Source: Dehalococcoidia bacterium (GTDB taxonomy: Bacteria; Chloroflexota; Dehalococcoidia; Bin125). From it: 64,000 nucleotides of DNA. A model generated the notes under the pieces. That model did no database searches. It was not told the DNA's origin and saw nothing but the letters and a program-made list of their open reading frames with translations. Where the stretch lies: assembly GCA_963663895.2 (NCBI GenBank), contig CAXXRD010000003.1, positions 160,001-224,000 on the forward strand, in the 5' to 3' direction. The position numbers were made by a program, and so were the translations under genes. Shown here piece after piece: positions 38,382 through 47,655 of the stretch (positions are counted from its first letter, which is position 1; each line of letters starts with the position of its first letter).

Positions 38382-40187
38382 GTGGCTGAAGGGCAATTCA
38401 TGACGGAGGCGAGGAGGGCCGAGGACGGCGGCGTGGGGCTCGATGAGTCGCCCGACCAGCTTGATCAGGAGGAGTTCCGGCGGCGGATGCGGCATTCCGC
38501 TGCACACGTGCTGGCGCAGGTGGTGTTGGAGATATTCCCGGACGCCAAGCTCGCCATCGGGCCGCCGATCGATACCGGGTTCTATTATGACTTCCTGTTG
38601 CCGCGCTCCTTGACCCCGGACGATCTGGAGACGATCGAACGGCGTATGCGCGAGGAGATGGCGAAGAAGCACACGTTCGTGTGGGAACCGATCACGGAGG
38701 AGGAGGCGCGGCAACGCTACGCCGACCAGCCGTTCAAGCTGGAGTTGATCGACGAGTTCGCGGGCGGCACGCTGGGGATCTGCAGCCACGCCGGCTTCAC
38801 GGACCTCTGCCGGGGCGGGCACGTAGCGCACACGCAACAGATCGGGCCGTTCAAGATCATGAACGTCGCCGGCGCCTACTGGCGCGGCGATGAGTCGCGG
38901 CCACAGCTCCAGCGCGTATACGGCGCGCTTTTCCCCACGGAACCGGAGCTCGAAGCCTATTTGCAGCGGCTTGAGGAGGCGGAAAAGCGTGACCATCGGC
39001 GTTTGGGACGCGATCTGGATCTGTTCTCACTGCACGAGGAGGTCGGACCGGGATTGGTCTTCTGGCATCCCAAGGGCGGACGGGTGCGGCTGGAAATAGA
39101 GGATTACTGGCGCCGGGCCCATCTGGAGGGCGGCTACGAGCTGGTATACACGCCGCACTTCGGAAAGTCTGGGCTGTGGGAGACCAGTGGACACCTGGAT
39201 TTCTACAAGGAGAGCATGTACGCGCCGATGGAGGTGGACGGCGAGGACTTCTATGCAAAGCCCATGAACTGTCCCTTCCACATCATGATCTACCGCAACG
39301 CCCGACGCTCGTACCGCGAGTTGCCGCTGCGGCTGGCGGAACTGGGCACGGTGTACCGCTACGAGCGCTCGGGGACGATGCACGGGTTGCTGCGGGTGCG
39401 CGGCTTCACCCAGGATGACGCGCACATCTTCTGCACGCCCGAGCAAGTGGAGTCCGAGATCGTGGAGGTGGTGCGCTTCTCGGTGGAGATGCTGCGCACG
39501 TTTGGCTTCGACGCTTTCACCGCCTTCCTGTCGACGCGGCCGGAGAAGGCCGTGGGAGAGCCGGCGGCCTGGGAGATAGCGGAGGCGGCGCTGCGCCGAG
39601 CGCTGGCGGTGGCAGCGCTGGCGTACGAAGTGGACGAAGGGGGCGGCGCTTTCTACGGACCCAAGATCGACCTGAAGGTCGTCGACGCGCTGGGGCGGGA
39701 GTGGCAGCTGACGACCGTGCAGTTCGACTTCAACATGGGCACGCGCTTCGGCCTCCGTTACGTGGGCGAGGACGGTGCGGAGCACAGCCCCTATCTGGTA
39801 CACCGGGCGCTGCTGGGCAGCATGGAGCGCTTCTTCGCCGTTCTGATCGAGCACTACGGCGGCGCTTTCCCGCTTTGGCTGGCACCGGTACAGGCGCGGT
39901 TGATCCCCATTGCGGACCGGCACGTGGAACACGCGCGGCGGATCGCCGCCTCGCTCCAGACGGCGGGACTGCGCGCCGACGTCGACACCCGGAGCGAGCG
40001 GATGAACGCCAAGATCCGCGACGCGCAGCTGGAAAAGGTGCCGTACATGCTGGTCGTCGGCGACCGCGAAGCGGCGGCAGCGACACTGGCGGCGGCCGTA
40101 CGGCGCCGGGACGGCGAGAACCTCGGCGTGCTGCCCGTGGCCGATCTGCAGTCGCGCCTGCTGGAGGAAGTGCGCCGCCGCACCTGA
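38382..40187 (+). CDS. thrS: Threonine-tRNA ligase
   Basis: MRHSAAHV, DLCRGGH, GAYWRGDE, RDHRRLG, KPMNCP, RVRGFTQDDAH, AFYGPKID, HRALLGS; start may be ATG 38400. Confidence 0.98.
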   Translation: MAEGQFMTEARRAEDGGVGLDESPDQLDQEEFRRRMRHSAAHVLAQVVLEIFPDAKLAIGPPIDTGFYYDFLLPRSLTPDDLETIERRMREEMAKKHTFVWEPITEEEARQRYADQPFKLELIDEFAGGTLGICSHAGFTDLCRGGHVAHTQQIGPFKIMNVAGAYWRGDESRPQLQRVYGALFPTEPELEAYLQRLEEAEKRDHRRLGRDLDLFSLHEEVGPGLVFWHPKGGRVRLEIEDYWRRAHLEGGYELVYTPHFGKSGLWETSGHLDFYKESMYAPMEVDGEDFYAKPMNCPFHIMIYRNARRSYRELPLRLAELGTVYRYERSGTMHGLLRVRGFTQDDAHIFCTPEQVESEIVEVVRFSVEMLRTFGFDAFTAFLSTRPEKAVGEPAAWEIAEAALRRALAVAALAYEVDEGGGAFYGPKIDLKVVDALGREWQLTTVQFDFNMGTRFGLRYVGEDGAEHSPYLVHRALLGSMERFFAVLIEHYGGAFPLWLAPVQARLIPIADRHVEHARRIAASLQTAGLRADVDTRSERMNAKIRDAQLEKVPYMLVVGDREAAAATLAAAVRRRDGENLGVLPVADLQSRLLEEVRRRT

Positions 40188-40291
40188 GCGCAACAGCGCG
40201 GTAACGCGCTTAACGACCAAGCGCAGCCCTGCAACCACAGAGTGCCCTATGATCGCGAACACATCCACGATCCGTGTATAGGCTTCCCGCT

Positions 40292-41836
40292 ATGACGGAT
40301 GTCTCGCCTCCGTTCCGCAAAGTGTTGGTCGCCAACCGCGGCGAGATCGCATTGCGGGTCGTGCGAGGCTGTCGCGATCTGGGCGTGGAATCGGTAGCGA
40401 TCTGCTCGGAGGCCGACCAGGCGGCCCCGCATGTCCGCTACGCGGACGAGTCCTACACGATCGGCCCAGCGGAAGCGTCGGAGAGCTACCTGGCGATCGA
40501 GAAAATCCTCGACGTAGCGCGGCGCTCCCAAGCGGAGGCGGTGCATCCGGGCTACGGGTTCCTGGCCGAGAACGCGGAGTTCGCGCGGGCCTGCACCGAC
40601 GCCGGTCTCGTCTTCATCGGGCCGCCGCCGGCAGCGATGGAGAAGATGGGCAGCAAGCTCGAAGCCCGCCGCACCTTGCAAGCAGCGGGCGTCCCCCTCA
40701 TCCCAGGAACGGTCGAGCCGGTGCGGGACCCATCCGAAGCGGAGCGGGTGGCGCGGGAAATCGGGTATCCCCTCCTGATCAAGGCCTCGGCAGGGGGTGG
40801 AGGCAAGGGAATCCGCGAAGTCAACGACGCCGAGGAGTTGCCGCGCGCGATCGCGAACGCGCAGCAGGAAGCGCGCGCTGCCTTTGGCGACGACGCGATC
40901 TACGTCGAGAAGTTGTTGCGTCCCGTGCGCCATATCGAGGTCCAGCTAATCGCCGACCACCAAGGTCAGATCGTCACGCTCGGCGAGCGCGAGTGCTCGA
41001 TCCAACGGCGCCGACAGAAGCTAATCGAAGAGGCGCCGGCGCCGACCATGACCCCGGAGCTACGGATGCGGATGCGGGAAGCGGCGCGCAAGGTAGCGGA
41101 GGCGTGCGACTACGTGAACGCGGGCACGGTGGAGTGTCTGGTCTACGACGATGACCAGTTCGCCTTTTTGGAGATGAACACGAGGCTGCAGGTCGAGCAT
41201 CCAGTGACCGAAATGGTCTGGCGGGTCGACTTGGTGGCGGAGCAGTTGCGCGTCGCGGCGGGGCAACCGTTGACGTTCACGGAGGACGACTTAACGATGC
41301 GAGGCTGGGCGATCGAATGCCGGGTGGCCGCGGAGGACCCCTACCAGGGATTCCTGCCCAGCACCGGCACCGTGCACCACTACCGCGAGCCAGCGGGGCC
41401 GGGAATCCGCGTCGATAGTGGCCTGTACGACGGAATGATCGTCGGTGTCCACTATGATCCGCTGCTCGCGAAGATCATCGCGCGGGGGCTGGACCGGGAA
41501 CAGGCGCGGAGGCGCATGCTGCGGGCCCTGTCCGAGTTCCGGTTGCTCGGTCTGCAAACGAACGTACCGTTCCACATTGCCATGCTGCAGGACCCCAACT
41601 TCGTCGCGGGGGCAATCGACACGGACTACGTGGAACGGACGGTGCACCTCACGATCGACGATCGGCCCGACCACACCGATATCGCCGCATTGGCAGCGGC
41701 CAGCTTCCTGCAGCGAAACGGAGCAAGCGCCGGCACCCCGGGCAGGGATCAAGGCGGTCCGGCGGCAGCTCCGGATCCCTGGGTGCAACGCTCTCGTGGG
41801 CAGCAAGGATTGATGGCGGGATGGCGAAGAAACTAG
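40292..41836 (+). CDS. accC: Biotin carboxylase subunit of an acyl-CoA carboxylase
   Basis: KVLVANRGEIA, HPGYGFLAEN, GGGGKG, RECSIQRR, FLEMNTRLQVEHPVTE. Confidence 0.93.
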   Translation: MTDVSPPFRKVLVANRGEIALRVVRGCRDLGVESVAICSEADQAAPHVRYADESYTIGPAEASESYLAIEKILDVARRSQAEAVHPGYGFLAENAEFARACTDAGLVFIGPPPAAMEKMGSKLEARRTLQAAGVPLIPGTVEPVRDPSEAERVAREIGYPLLIKASAGGGGKGIREVNDAEELPRAIANAQQEARAAFGDDAIYVEKLLRPVRHIEVQLIADHQGQIVTLGERECSIQRRRQKLIEEAPAPTMTPELRMRMREAARKVAEACDYVNAGTVECLVYDDDQFAFLEMNTRLQVEHPVTEMVWRVDLVAEQLRVAAGQPLTFTEDDLTMRGWAIECRVAAEDPYQGFLPSTGTVHHYREPAGPGIRVDSGLYDGMIVGVHYDPLLAKIIARGLDREQARRRMLRALSEFRLLGLQTNVPFHIAMLQDPNFVAGAIDTDYVERTVHLTIDDRPDHTDIAALAAASFLQRNGASAGTPGRDQGGPAAAPDPWVQRSRGQQGLMAGWRRN

Positions 41837-42345
41837 CGCTGGCCATCGGACAAGCGGCGCGCGAAGTCGAAGTCCGCGAGATCGACGACGGCAGCTTAAT
41901 GCTTGTCCTCGACGGCATTGAGCACAGCGTGGATCTGAAGCGGATTGGGGAGGGGCCGCTGTACGAGCTGATCCTCGACCATCACGCGACGGAGGTGCTG
42001 TTGCAACGGGAAGGGCAAGGGGTGCGGACCATTGTCGGCGCGGACAGCTTCCTCGTGACGAAGCGCCGGGCCGGGGCGGGGGGGATCGGCGACGAGGAGG
42101 CGCAGGAAGGGGAGTTGACGGTACAGTCGCCGATGACAGGGGTCGTCGTTGAGGTGTTGGTGCAGGCAGGCGACGTGGTCGCCAAGCGCGACAGCCTGCT
42201 GGTGGTTCAGGCGATGAAGATGAACAACGAGATCCGGTCGCCGACAGCTGGCACCGTGAAGACGGTCCACGTGGCGGTGGATGCGAACGTTGACCAAGGC
42301 GCACCGCTCGTGACGATCGAACTAGGCAACGCCGGAGCGAATTAG
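41821..42345 (+). CDS. Biotin carboxyl carrier (biotinyl-domain) protein
   Basis: SPMTGVV...GDVV...QAMKMNNEIRSPTAG. Confidence 0.92.
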   Translation: MAKKLALAIGQAAREVEVREIDDGSLMLVLDGIEHSVDLKRIGEGPLYELILDHHATEVLLQREGQGVRTIVGADSFLVTKRRAGAGGIGDEEAQEGELTVQSPMTGVVVEVLVQAGDVVAKRDSLLVVQAMKMNNEIRSPTAGTVKTVHVAVDANVDQGAPLVTIELGNAGAN

Positions 42346-42434
42346 AGCAGCGTCAGCGACCGGGCAGAGCGGGCTGATCGCTGCCGCGGGCCCACCGAGG
42401 CCATGCGATGTTCGTTCCCACCGTGCCCAGTTGG

Positions 42435-42464
42435 TTGACCGCGAAAATCGGGCGTTGGTAGCAT
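42435..42464 (+). promoter_or_regulatory. Sigma70-type promoter of infC-rpmI-rplT
   Basis: TTGACC-N18-TAGCAT with TG extension. Confidence 0.6.
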
Positions 42465-42524
42465 GGCGCGAGCAGTTTATACCAATCTAATCGCTGACGG
42501 AACCGTATACACAGGAGGACGCTG

Positions 42525-43229
42525 CTGGCCACTCGCGAACACCGGGTCAACCGGGAGATTCAAGTTCCCGAGGTCCGCGTCATCGGCGAGGACGGCGAGC
42601 AGATGGGCATCCTCCCCACGTTCCAGGCCCTTGCACAAGCCCAAGAGCGTGGTCTCGATCTGGTGGAGGTCGCACCAGGAGCATCGCCACCGGTTGTGCG
42701 GTTCCTGGACTACGGCAAGTTCAAGTACGAGCAAGCAAAGCGACGCAACGAAGGACGCAAGCGACAGAAGAACGCCGTGCTGCGGGAAGTGACGATGAAG
42801 CCGAAGATCGGTCAGCACGACATCGACTTCAAGACCCGCACCGCGCAGAAGTTGCTAGAAGAGGGCGACAAGCTCAAGATCACCGTCATGTTTCGGGGAC
42901 GCGAGATCACGCATCCAGAGATCGGACGGGGGCTCATCGGACGAGTGATGCAAGCTTTGGAAGAGCGCGGCATTCCCCTGTTGGTCGAGAAGCCGATCGG
43001 CATGGAGGGCCGCTTCATGAGCGTGATCGTGGCCGAGGACAAGGTGAAAGCGGCAGCGCTGGAGCGCGAGCGTGCGCGCGCCGGTGAGCCCGACACACCG
43101 GAATCGCGTCCTGCCCCGGCCGCAGCAGATGCCGCCACCGACGGCCCCACTCCGTCCGACAATGGTGCGGCGGGCACCGACGAAGTCGCTGAGGCATCCC
43201 CAGACGCCGTGGGAAGCGGCTCGCCATAG
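42525..43229 (+). CDS. infC: Translation initiation factor IF-3 (CTG start)
   Basis: Frame extends upstream of ATG 42603 as ATREHRVNREIQVPEVRVIGEDGEQ; GGAGG at 42514-42518 precedes CTG 42525; LDLVEV, DYGKFKYE, MFRGRE. Confidence 0.95.
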   Translation: MATREHRVNREIQVPEVRVIGEDGEQMGILPTFQALAQAQERGLDLVEVAPGASPPVVRFLDYGKFKYEQAKRRNEGRKRQKNAVLREVTMKPKIGQHDIDFKTRTAQKLLEEGDKLKITVMFRGREITHPEIGRGLIGRVMQALEERGIPLLVEKPIGMEGRFMSVIVAEDKVKAAALERERARAGEPDTPESRPAPAAADAATDGPTPSDNGAAGTDEVAEASPDAVGSGSP

Positions 43230-43239
43230 AGCGCCAGCG

Positions 43240-43452
43240 ATGCCGAAACAGAAGACGCACCGAGGAACTAAAAAACGGTTCGGGCTGACCGGCCGAGGCA
43301 AGGTCATGCGCATGAAGGGAAACCGCGGCCACAACCGCTCGAAAAAGAGCAAGCGCCAGCGCTATGCGATCCGAGAGATGCATGAAGTGACGACCCCGCG
43401 CCTCCGCAAGACGATCAAGGCGCTACTCCCCACCGGGGTAGGAAAGCGCTAG
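43240..43452 (+). CDS. rpmI: 50S ribosomal protein L35
   Basis: MPKQKTHRGTKKRFGLTGRGKV. Confidence 0.95.
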   Translation: MPKQKTHRGTKKRFGLTGRGKVMRMKGNRGHNRSKKSKRQRYAIREMHEVTTPRLRKTIKALLPTGVGKR

Positions 43453-43454
43453 CG

Positions 43455-43820
43455 ATGCCGCGCGTTAAAGGCGGGCCACGGAACCGCCGCCGGCACAAGC
43501 GCGTGCTGGCGGCCACCAAGGGCCACCGCGGACAGCGCCACCGGATCTTCCGCCGGGCGAACGAGTCGCGGCTGCACGCGCTGGCCTACGCCAAGCGCGA
43601 CCGACGTGCTCGTAAGGGCGATTTCCGCCGACTGTGGATCCAGCGCATCAACGCTGCGGCGCGCCAGGAGGGACTGAGCTACAGCAGTCTCATGCACGGT
43701 CTGCGCCGCGCCCGTGTCGAGGTGGATCGGAAGATGCTGGCGGACCTCGCCGTGCGAGAGCCAAAAGTTTTCTCGACGATCGTCGCGCAGGCGAAGGCAG
43801 GGCTCGCCGCGGAAGGTTAG
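43455..43820 (+). CDS. rplT: 50S ribosomal protein L20
   Basis: MPRVKGG, YAKRDRRARKGDFRRLWIQRINAAAR, DRKMLADLAV. Confidence 0.98.
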   Translation: MPRVKGGPRNRRRHKRVLAATKGHRGQRHRIFRRANESRLHALAYAKRDRRARKGDFRRLWIQRINAAARQEGLSYSSLMHGLRRARVEVDRKMLADLAVREPKVFSTIVAQAKAGLAAEG

Positions 43821-46234
43821 GCGTCGCGGATGGTGGCGCCGAGTTCCCGCTCCAACCGTTTGCTGACGCCCTTGCGTGCCTTGGCGACATCGCCGTCCGT
43901 GAGCGTCCGGTCCGGTGCGCGATAGTCGATCGAGAACGCCAGCGACTTCTTGCCCGCGGGGATCGGGGCACCGCGATAGAGGTCGAATAGCTCGACGCGC
44001 TCGACGAGCCGAGAGCGGGCGATGAGGCGTTCGACGTCGGCTGCGGGTACGGCTTCGTCCACCACAACGGCGAGGTCCTCTACCACCGCGGGGAAGCGGC
44101 TGGGCGGAGTGAATTCCAGCGGCCCTCGCTCGGCGATCACCTGTGTGAGAGCGTCGACATCGAGCTCGATCAGGTAGATCGGCTCTTCGATCTCGAAGCG
44201 CGCCGCGACCGCAGGCGCGACTTGACCGATACAGCCGATCGCCGCGCCGCCGACAAGCACGCGTGCCGCACGGCCCGTGTACAAGGCAGGATCCTCCGCG
44301 GCCTCGTAGGTGAAAACGAGGCGCAGCGCCGCGGCGACGGACTGGGCGATCGCCTTGGCTTCGAAGAAGTCAAGATCGGCTGCGGACCCGCTCCCCTCAT
44401 GGACGGCGGCTTTCGGCCCCACCCCGCCGAGCAGGGCGAGCGCAAACGTGCGCTCATGTGGAAGGTCATCGGGACGGGGATGAAACACGCGACCGATCTC
44501 GAAGAGTGCGATCGCGCGACGCTGGCGGCGGCGATTGGTGGCGAAGCTCTCGAGGAGACCGGGCCGCAGCGTCGTCCGGAGGACGTTCCGCTCCTCACTC
44601 ATCGGATTGCGAACGGCGAGGGGGGGGCGGTCGGTGATGGTAGCGAGCGCTTGCACGCTGGTGATGGCGTCGATGCTCACGAGCGAGTAGTTGATCGTCT
44701 CGACCAGCCCGGCCGCGGCGAAGGCGTCACGCACGCGCGCCCCGGTGTCGCGCAGCGGCTGTGGATCCGGATCGGGGACCGCGCCCTGGAGCGGCGCGCT
44801 GGGCAGGCGATCGTAACCCACGATACGGGCGATCTCTTCCACCACGTCATCAGCGATCCGCACATCGGAGCGCCAGTAGGGTGCAGTCACCGCATAGCCA
44901 TCCGGCAGAAGATCGACGGTGAAACCGAGCGCTTCTAACGGCGTCACGACCTGCTCGGGCGGTAGCTCGCTGCCGAGCACGCGAGCGAGGCGCTCGTGCG
45001 TGAGCGTGATCGACACGGGGTCGCGCGGTTGCGGGTAGGCATCGACGACGCCGGCAACGGTACCGCCGCAGACCTCGACGAAAAGCCTGGTCGCGCGCCG
45101 CGAGGCCTCGAGTGCCAGCTCGGGCGTAAGCCCTTTCTCGAATCGGGTGGAGGCCTCCGTGCGCAACTTGAGAGCAGCGGCCGTACGCCGGATGCTCGGG
45201 CCATTGAAGGTGGCAGATTCCAACAGGACGGTGGAAGTGTCGTCCGACACCTCGGAGAGCGCATCACCCATGACGCCGGCAACCGCCACCGCTTCTTCCG
45301 CATCAGCGATGACGAGATCGTCGGTGCGAAGCGCATGCCCGGATCCGTCGATCAAGGTCACGTGCTCGTCGGCGCGGGCACGCCGCACGATGATGCGGCC
45401 GCCGCGCAGCTTATCGAAGTCGAAAGCGTGGAGGGGCTGACCAAACTCAAGCATCACGTAATTGGTGATGTCGACCACGTTGTTGATGGGGCGGCTCCCG
45501 GACGCTTCGAGCCGAGCTTGGAGCCAGGGCGGCGACGGCGCGACGGTCACGCCGCGAACAAGCGTGGCCACGTAGCGCGGGCAGAGGTCCGGAGCCTCGA
45601 TCGCCACCGATATGCTTCCCTCTGGGGGCAGCTCACCCACGGTGTCGCCGCGCTCGGGCTCGCGTACGTTGCCCGCGGTCAGCGCGGCGACCTCGCGCGC
45701 GATCCCCAGGGCGGAAAAGAGATCGGCCCGGTTCGGAGTGAGACTGAAGTCAAAGATCGTGTCGCCGATCGCGGCGGCGAGCGGCGTACCGACCGCCGCA
45801 GCCTCAGAAAGCACCTTGATCCCTTCGTGTGCGTCGGAGATGCCGAGCTCGCGATCGGAGCAAACCATGCCGGCAGATTCGACACCGCGGATGTTGGAGC
45901 GCTTGAGGACGCGGAAGCTGCCGGAGCGCGCATCGACCAGACGCGCCCCCTCGTGCGCGAAGGCGACCGCCTGCCCAACAGCGATGTTGGGCGCGCCGCA
46001 GACGACCGTGAAGGGCTCGCTCGCGCCGACATCAACGGTGGCGAGGCGGAGACGGTCGGCGTTCGGATGAGGGGCAAGCGCCTGCACCCGTCCAACGACG
46101 ACGTGATCCCAGTCGCCAGCGATCTTCTCGATCGCCTCGACTTCCACACCCGCCATCGTCAGACGATGCGCCAACTCTTCGGGGGGAAGCCTGAGGTCGA
46201 CATATTCGGCGAGCCAGCGCAGAGAGAGCTTCAT
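43817..46234 (-). CDS. pheT: Phenylalanine-tRNA ligase beta subunit
   Basis: MKLSLRWL, HPNADRL, TPNRAD, NNVVDITNYVM, RFEKG, KSLAF...RTLTD. Confidence 0.97.
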   Translation of the reverse strand: MKLSLRWLAEYVDLRLPPEELAHRLTMAGVEVEAIEKIAGDWDHVVVGRVQALAPHPNADRLRLATVDVGASEPFTVVCGAPNIAVGQAVAFAHEGARLVDARSGSFRVLKRSNIRGVESAGMVCSDRELGISDAHEGIKVLSEAAAVGTPLAAAIGDTIFDFSLTPNRADLFSALGIAREVAALTAGNVREPERGDTVGELPPEGSISVAIEAPDLCPRYVATLVRGVTVAPSPPWLQARLEASGSRPINNVVDITNYVMLEFGQPLHAFDFDKLRGGRIIVRRARADEHVTLIDGSGHALRTDDLVIADAEEAVAVAGVMGDALSEVSDDTSTVLLESATFNGPSIRRTAAALKLRTEASTRFEKGLTPELALEASRRATRLFVEVCGGTVAGVVDAYPQPRDPVSITLTHERLARVLGSELPPEQVVTPLEALGFTVDLLPDGYAVTAPYWRSDVRIADDVVEEIARIVGYDRLPSAPLQGAVPDPDPQPLRDTGARVRDAFAAAGLVETINYSLVSIDAITSVQALATITDRPPLAVRNPMSEERNVLRTTLRPGLLESFATNRRRQRRAIALFEIGRVFHPRPDDLPHERTFALALLGGVGPKAAVHEGSGSAADLDFFEAKAIAQSVAAALRLVFTYEAAEDPALYTGRAARVLVGGAAIGCIGQVAPAVAARFEIEEPIYLIELDVDALTQVIAERGPLEFTPPSRFPAVVEDLAVVVDEAVPAADVERLIARSRLVERVELFDLYRGAPIPAGKKSLAFSIDYRAPDRTLTDGDVAKARKGVSKRLERELGATIRDA

Positions 46235-46240
46235 ACGACT

Positions 46241-47239
46241 CTAGAACTGCTCAAGAAAGCCGAGCGCGTTGTTATAGAAGTAGCGGATATCGTCGATCCC
46301 GTAGCGCAGCATGGCGGTGCGCTCTACGCCGATGCCGAAGGCAAAGCCGGTGTAGCGCGCGGAATCGTAGCCGGCGGCGGCGAGGATCTCAGGGTGAACC
46401 ATGCCGGCACCCAGCAGTTCGATCCAGCGCCCGTCGCGCCAGCGGATAGCAACCTCGGCACCGGGCTCGACGAAGGGGAAGTAGTCGCAACGGAAGCGTG
46501 CCTCGACGTCCGGACCGAAAAGACGGTGCACGAAGGCCTCAAGGGTGCCCTTGAGGTGGGCAAAGCTAATCCCCTCGTCAATCACGAGCCCTTCCACTTG
46601 GGTCAGCATCCACTCATGGGTGGCGTCCGTCGCCTCGTAGCGATAGCACGTGCCGGGGACGATGACGCGGATCGGAGGGCGGTGGCGCTCAATGTAGCGG
46701 ATCTGCATGGGCGACGTGTGGGTGCGAAGCAGCATCGGATAGCGACCGTCACGCTCGTAATCGATCCACAGCGTGTCCCACATATCGCGCGCGGGATGAT
46801 CGGCGGGAATGCGGAGTCGCTCGAAGTTGTACTCGTCCCACTCGACCTGCGGTCCCTCGACGACGGCGAAGCCCATGTCACGGAAGGCGCGCTCGATCTC
46901 TCGGAGAGTAAGCGTGATCGGATGGAGATGGCCCTGCCGATGCGGCCGTGCGGGGAGCGTGACGTCGATCGCCGCCGAAGGGGCCGAGGAGAACGCCTCA
47001 AGCACCGCCCGCCGGCGGTCGAACGCCTCCTGGAGCAGGGCCCGCAGCCGGTTGGCCGTCTGACCTGCCTGCTTGCGCTGATCAGCCGGAAGCGCGCCCA
47101 CGCCACGGAGCAGCTGGGTGACCTCTCCCTTCTTGCCAAGGTAGCGAGCGCGCCAAGCGGCGGCGGCGGCGCTGTCACAGGCGGCAGCGAGCTCGTCAAG
47201 AGCACGACGCTCAACGGCGGCGAGATCAATATCGTCCAT
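46241..47239 (-). CDS. pheS: Phenylalanine-tRNA ligase alpha subunit
   Basis: YLGKKG, HPARDMWDT, LRTHTSPMQ, FPFVEP, GFAFGIGVER; start ATG 47239. Confidence 0.97.
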   Translation of the reverse strand: MDDIDLAAVERRALDELAAACDSAAAAAWRARYLGKKGEVTQLLRGVGALPADQRKQAGQTANRLRALLQEAFDRRRAVLEAFSSAPSAAIDVTLPARPHRQGHLHPITLTLREIERAFRDMGFAVVEGPQVEWDEYNFERLRIPADHPARDMWDTLWIDYERDGRYPMLLRTHTSPMQIRYIERHRPPIRVIVPGTCYRYEATDATHEWMLTQVEGLVIDEGISFAHLKGTLEAFVHRLFGPDVEARFRCDYFPFVEPGAEVAIRWRDGRWIELLGAGMVHPEILAAAGYDSARYTGFAFGIGVERTAMLRYGIDDIRYFYNNALGFLEQF

Positions 47240-47375
47240 GCGGTGATCACCGTACAAACGCTCTTCCACGAGGGTCAATCGCGTCCGATCGGAGCGGCTT
47301 CCGCTAGCAAGAATACGGGAGCTTGGTAGGATTCCGGGCACGGAACGCGAGCACAGCGGTAGGAAGGGAGCGGTC

Positions 47376-47627
47376 ATGGCAGTGAAAAGCTACGTACTGA
47401 TCGAGGCCGAGGTGGGTGAAGCGAAGAGTGTGAGCAACGCACTGACCCAGCTCACGCATCCCGAGGCGCAGATCGTAGGCGTCGATACGGTCACCGGCCC
47501 CTACGACGTGATCTGTCTCCTCGAGGCCGACGACCTCAACAAGCTCGGCCGCTGTATCACCGAGGGGATCCAGACGGTGAGCGGCGTCAAGCGCACGACG
47601 ACCTGTCTGACGGTGCAGCTGAACTGA
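47376..47627 (+). CDS. Lrp/AsnC ligand-binding (RAM) domain protein without HTH
   Basis: KSYVLI, VTGPYDVI, IQTVSGVKRTTTC; good RBS. Confidence 0.88.
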   Translation: MAVKSYVLIEAEVGEAKSVSNALTQLTHPEAQIVGVDTVTGPYDVICLLEADDLNKLGRCITEGIQTVSGVKRTTTCLTVQLN

Positions 47628-47655
47628 CGCCCTGCCCGCACGTTCGAAGGGGATT

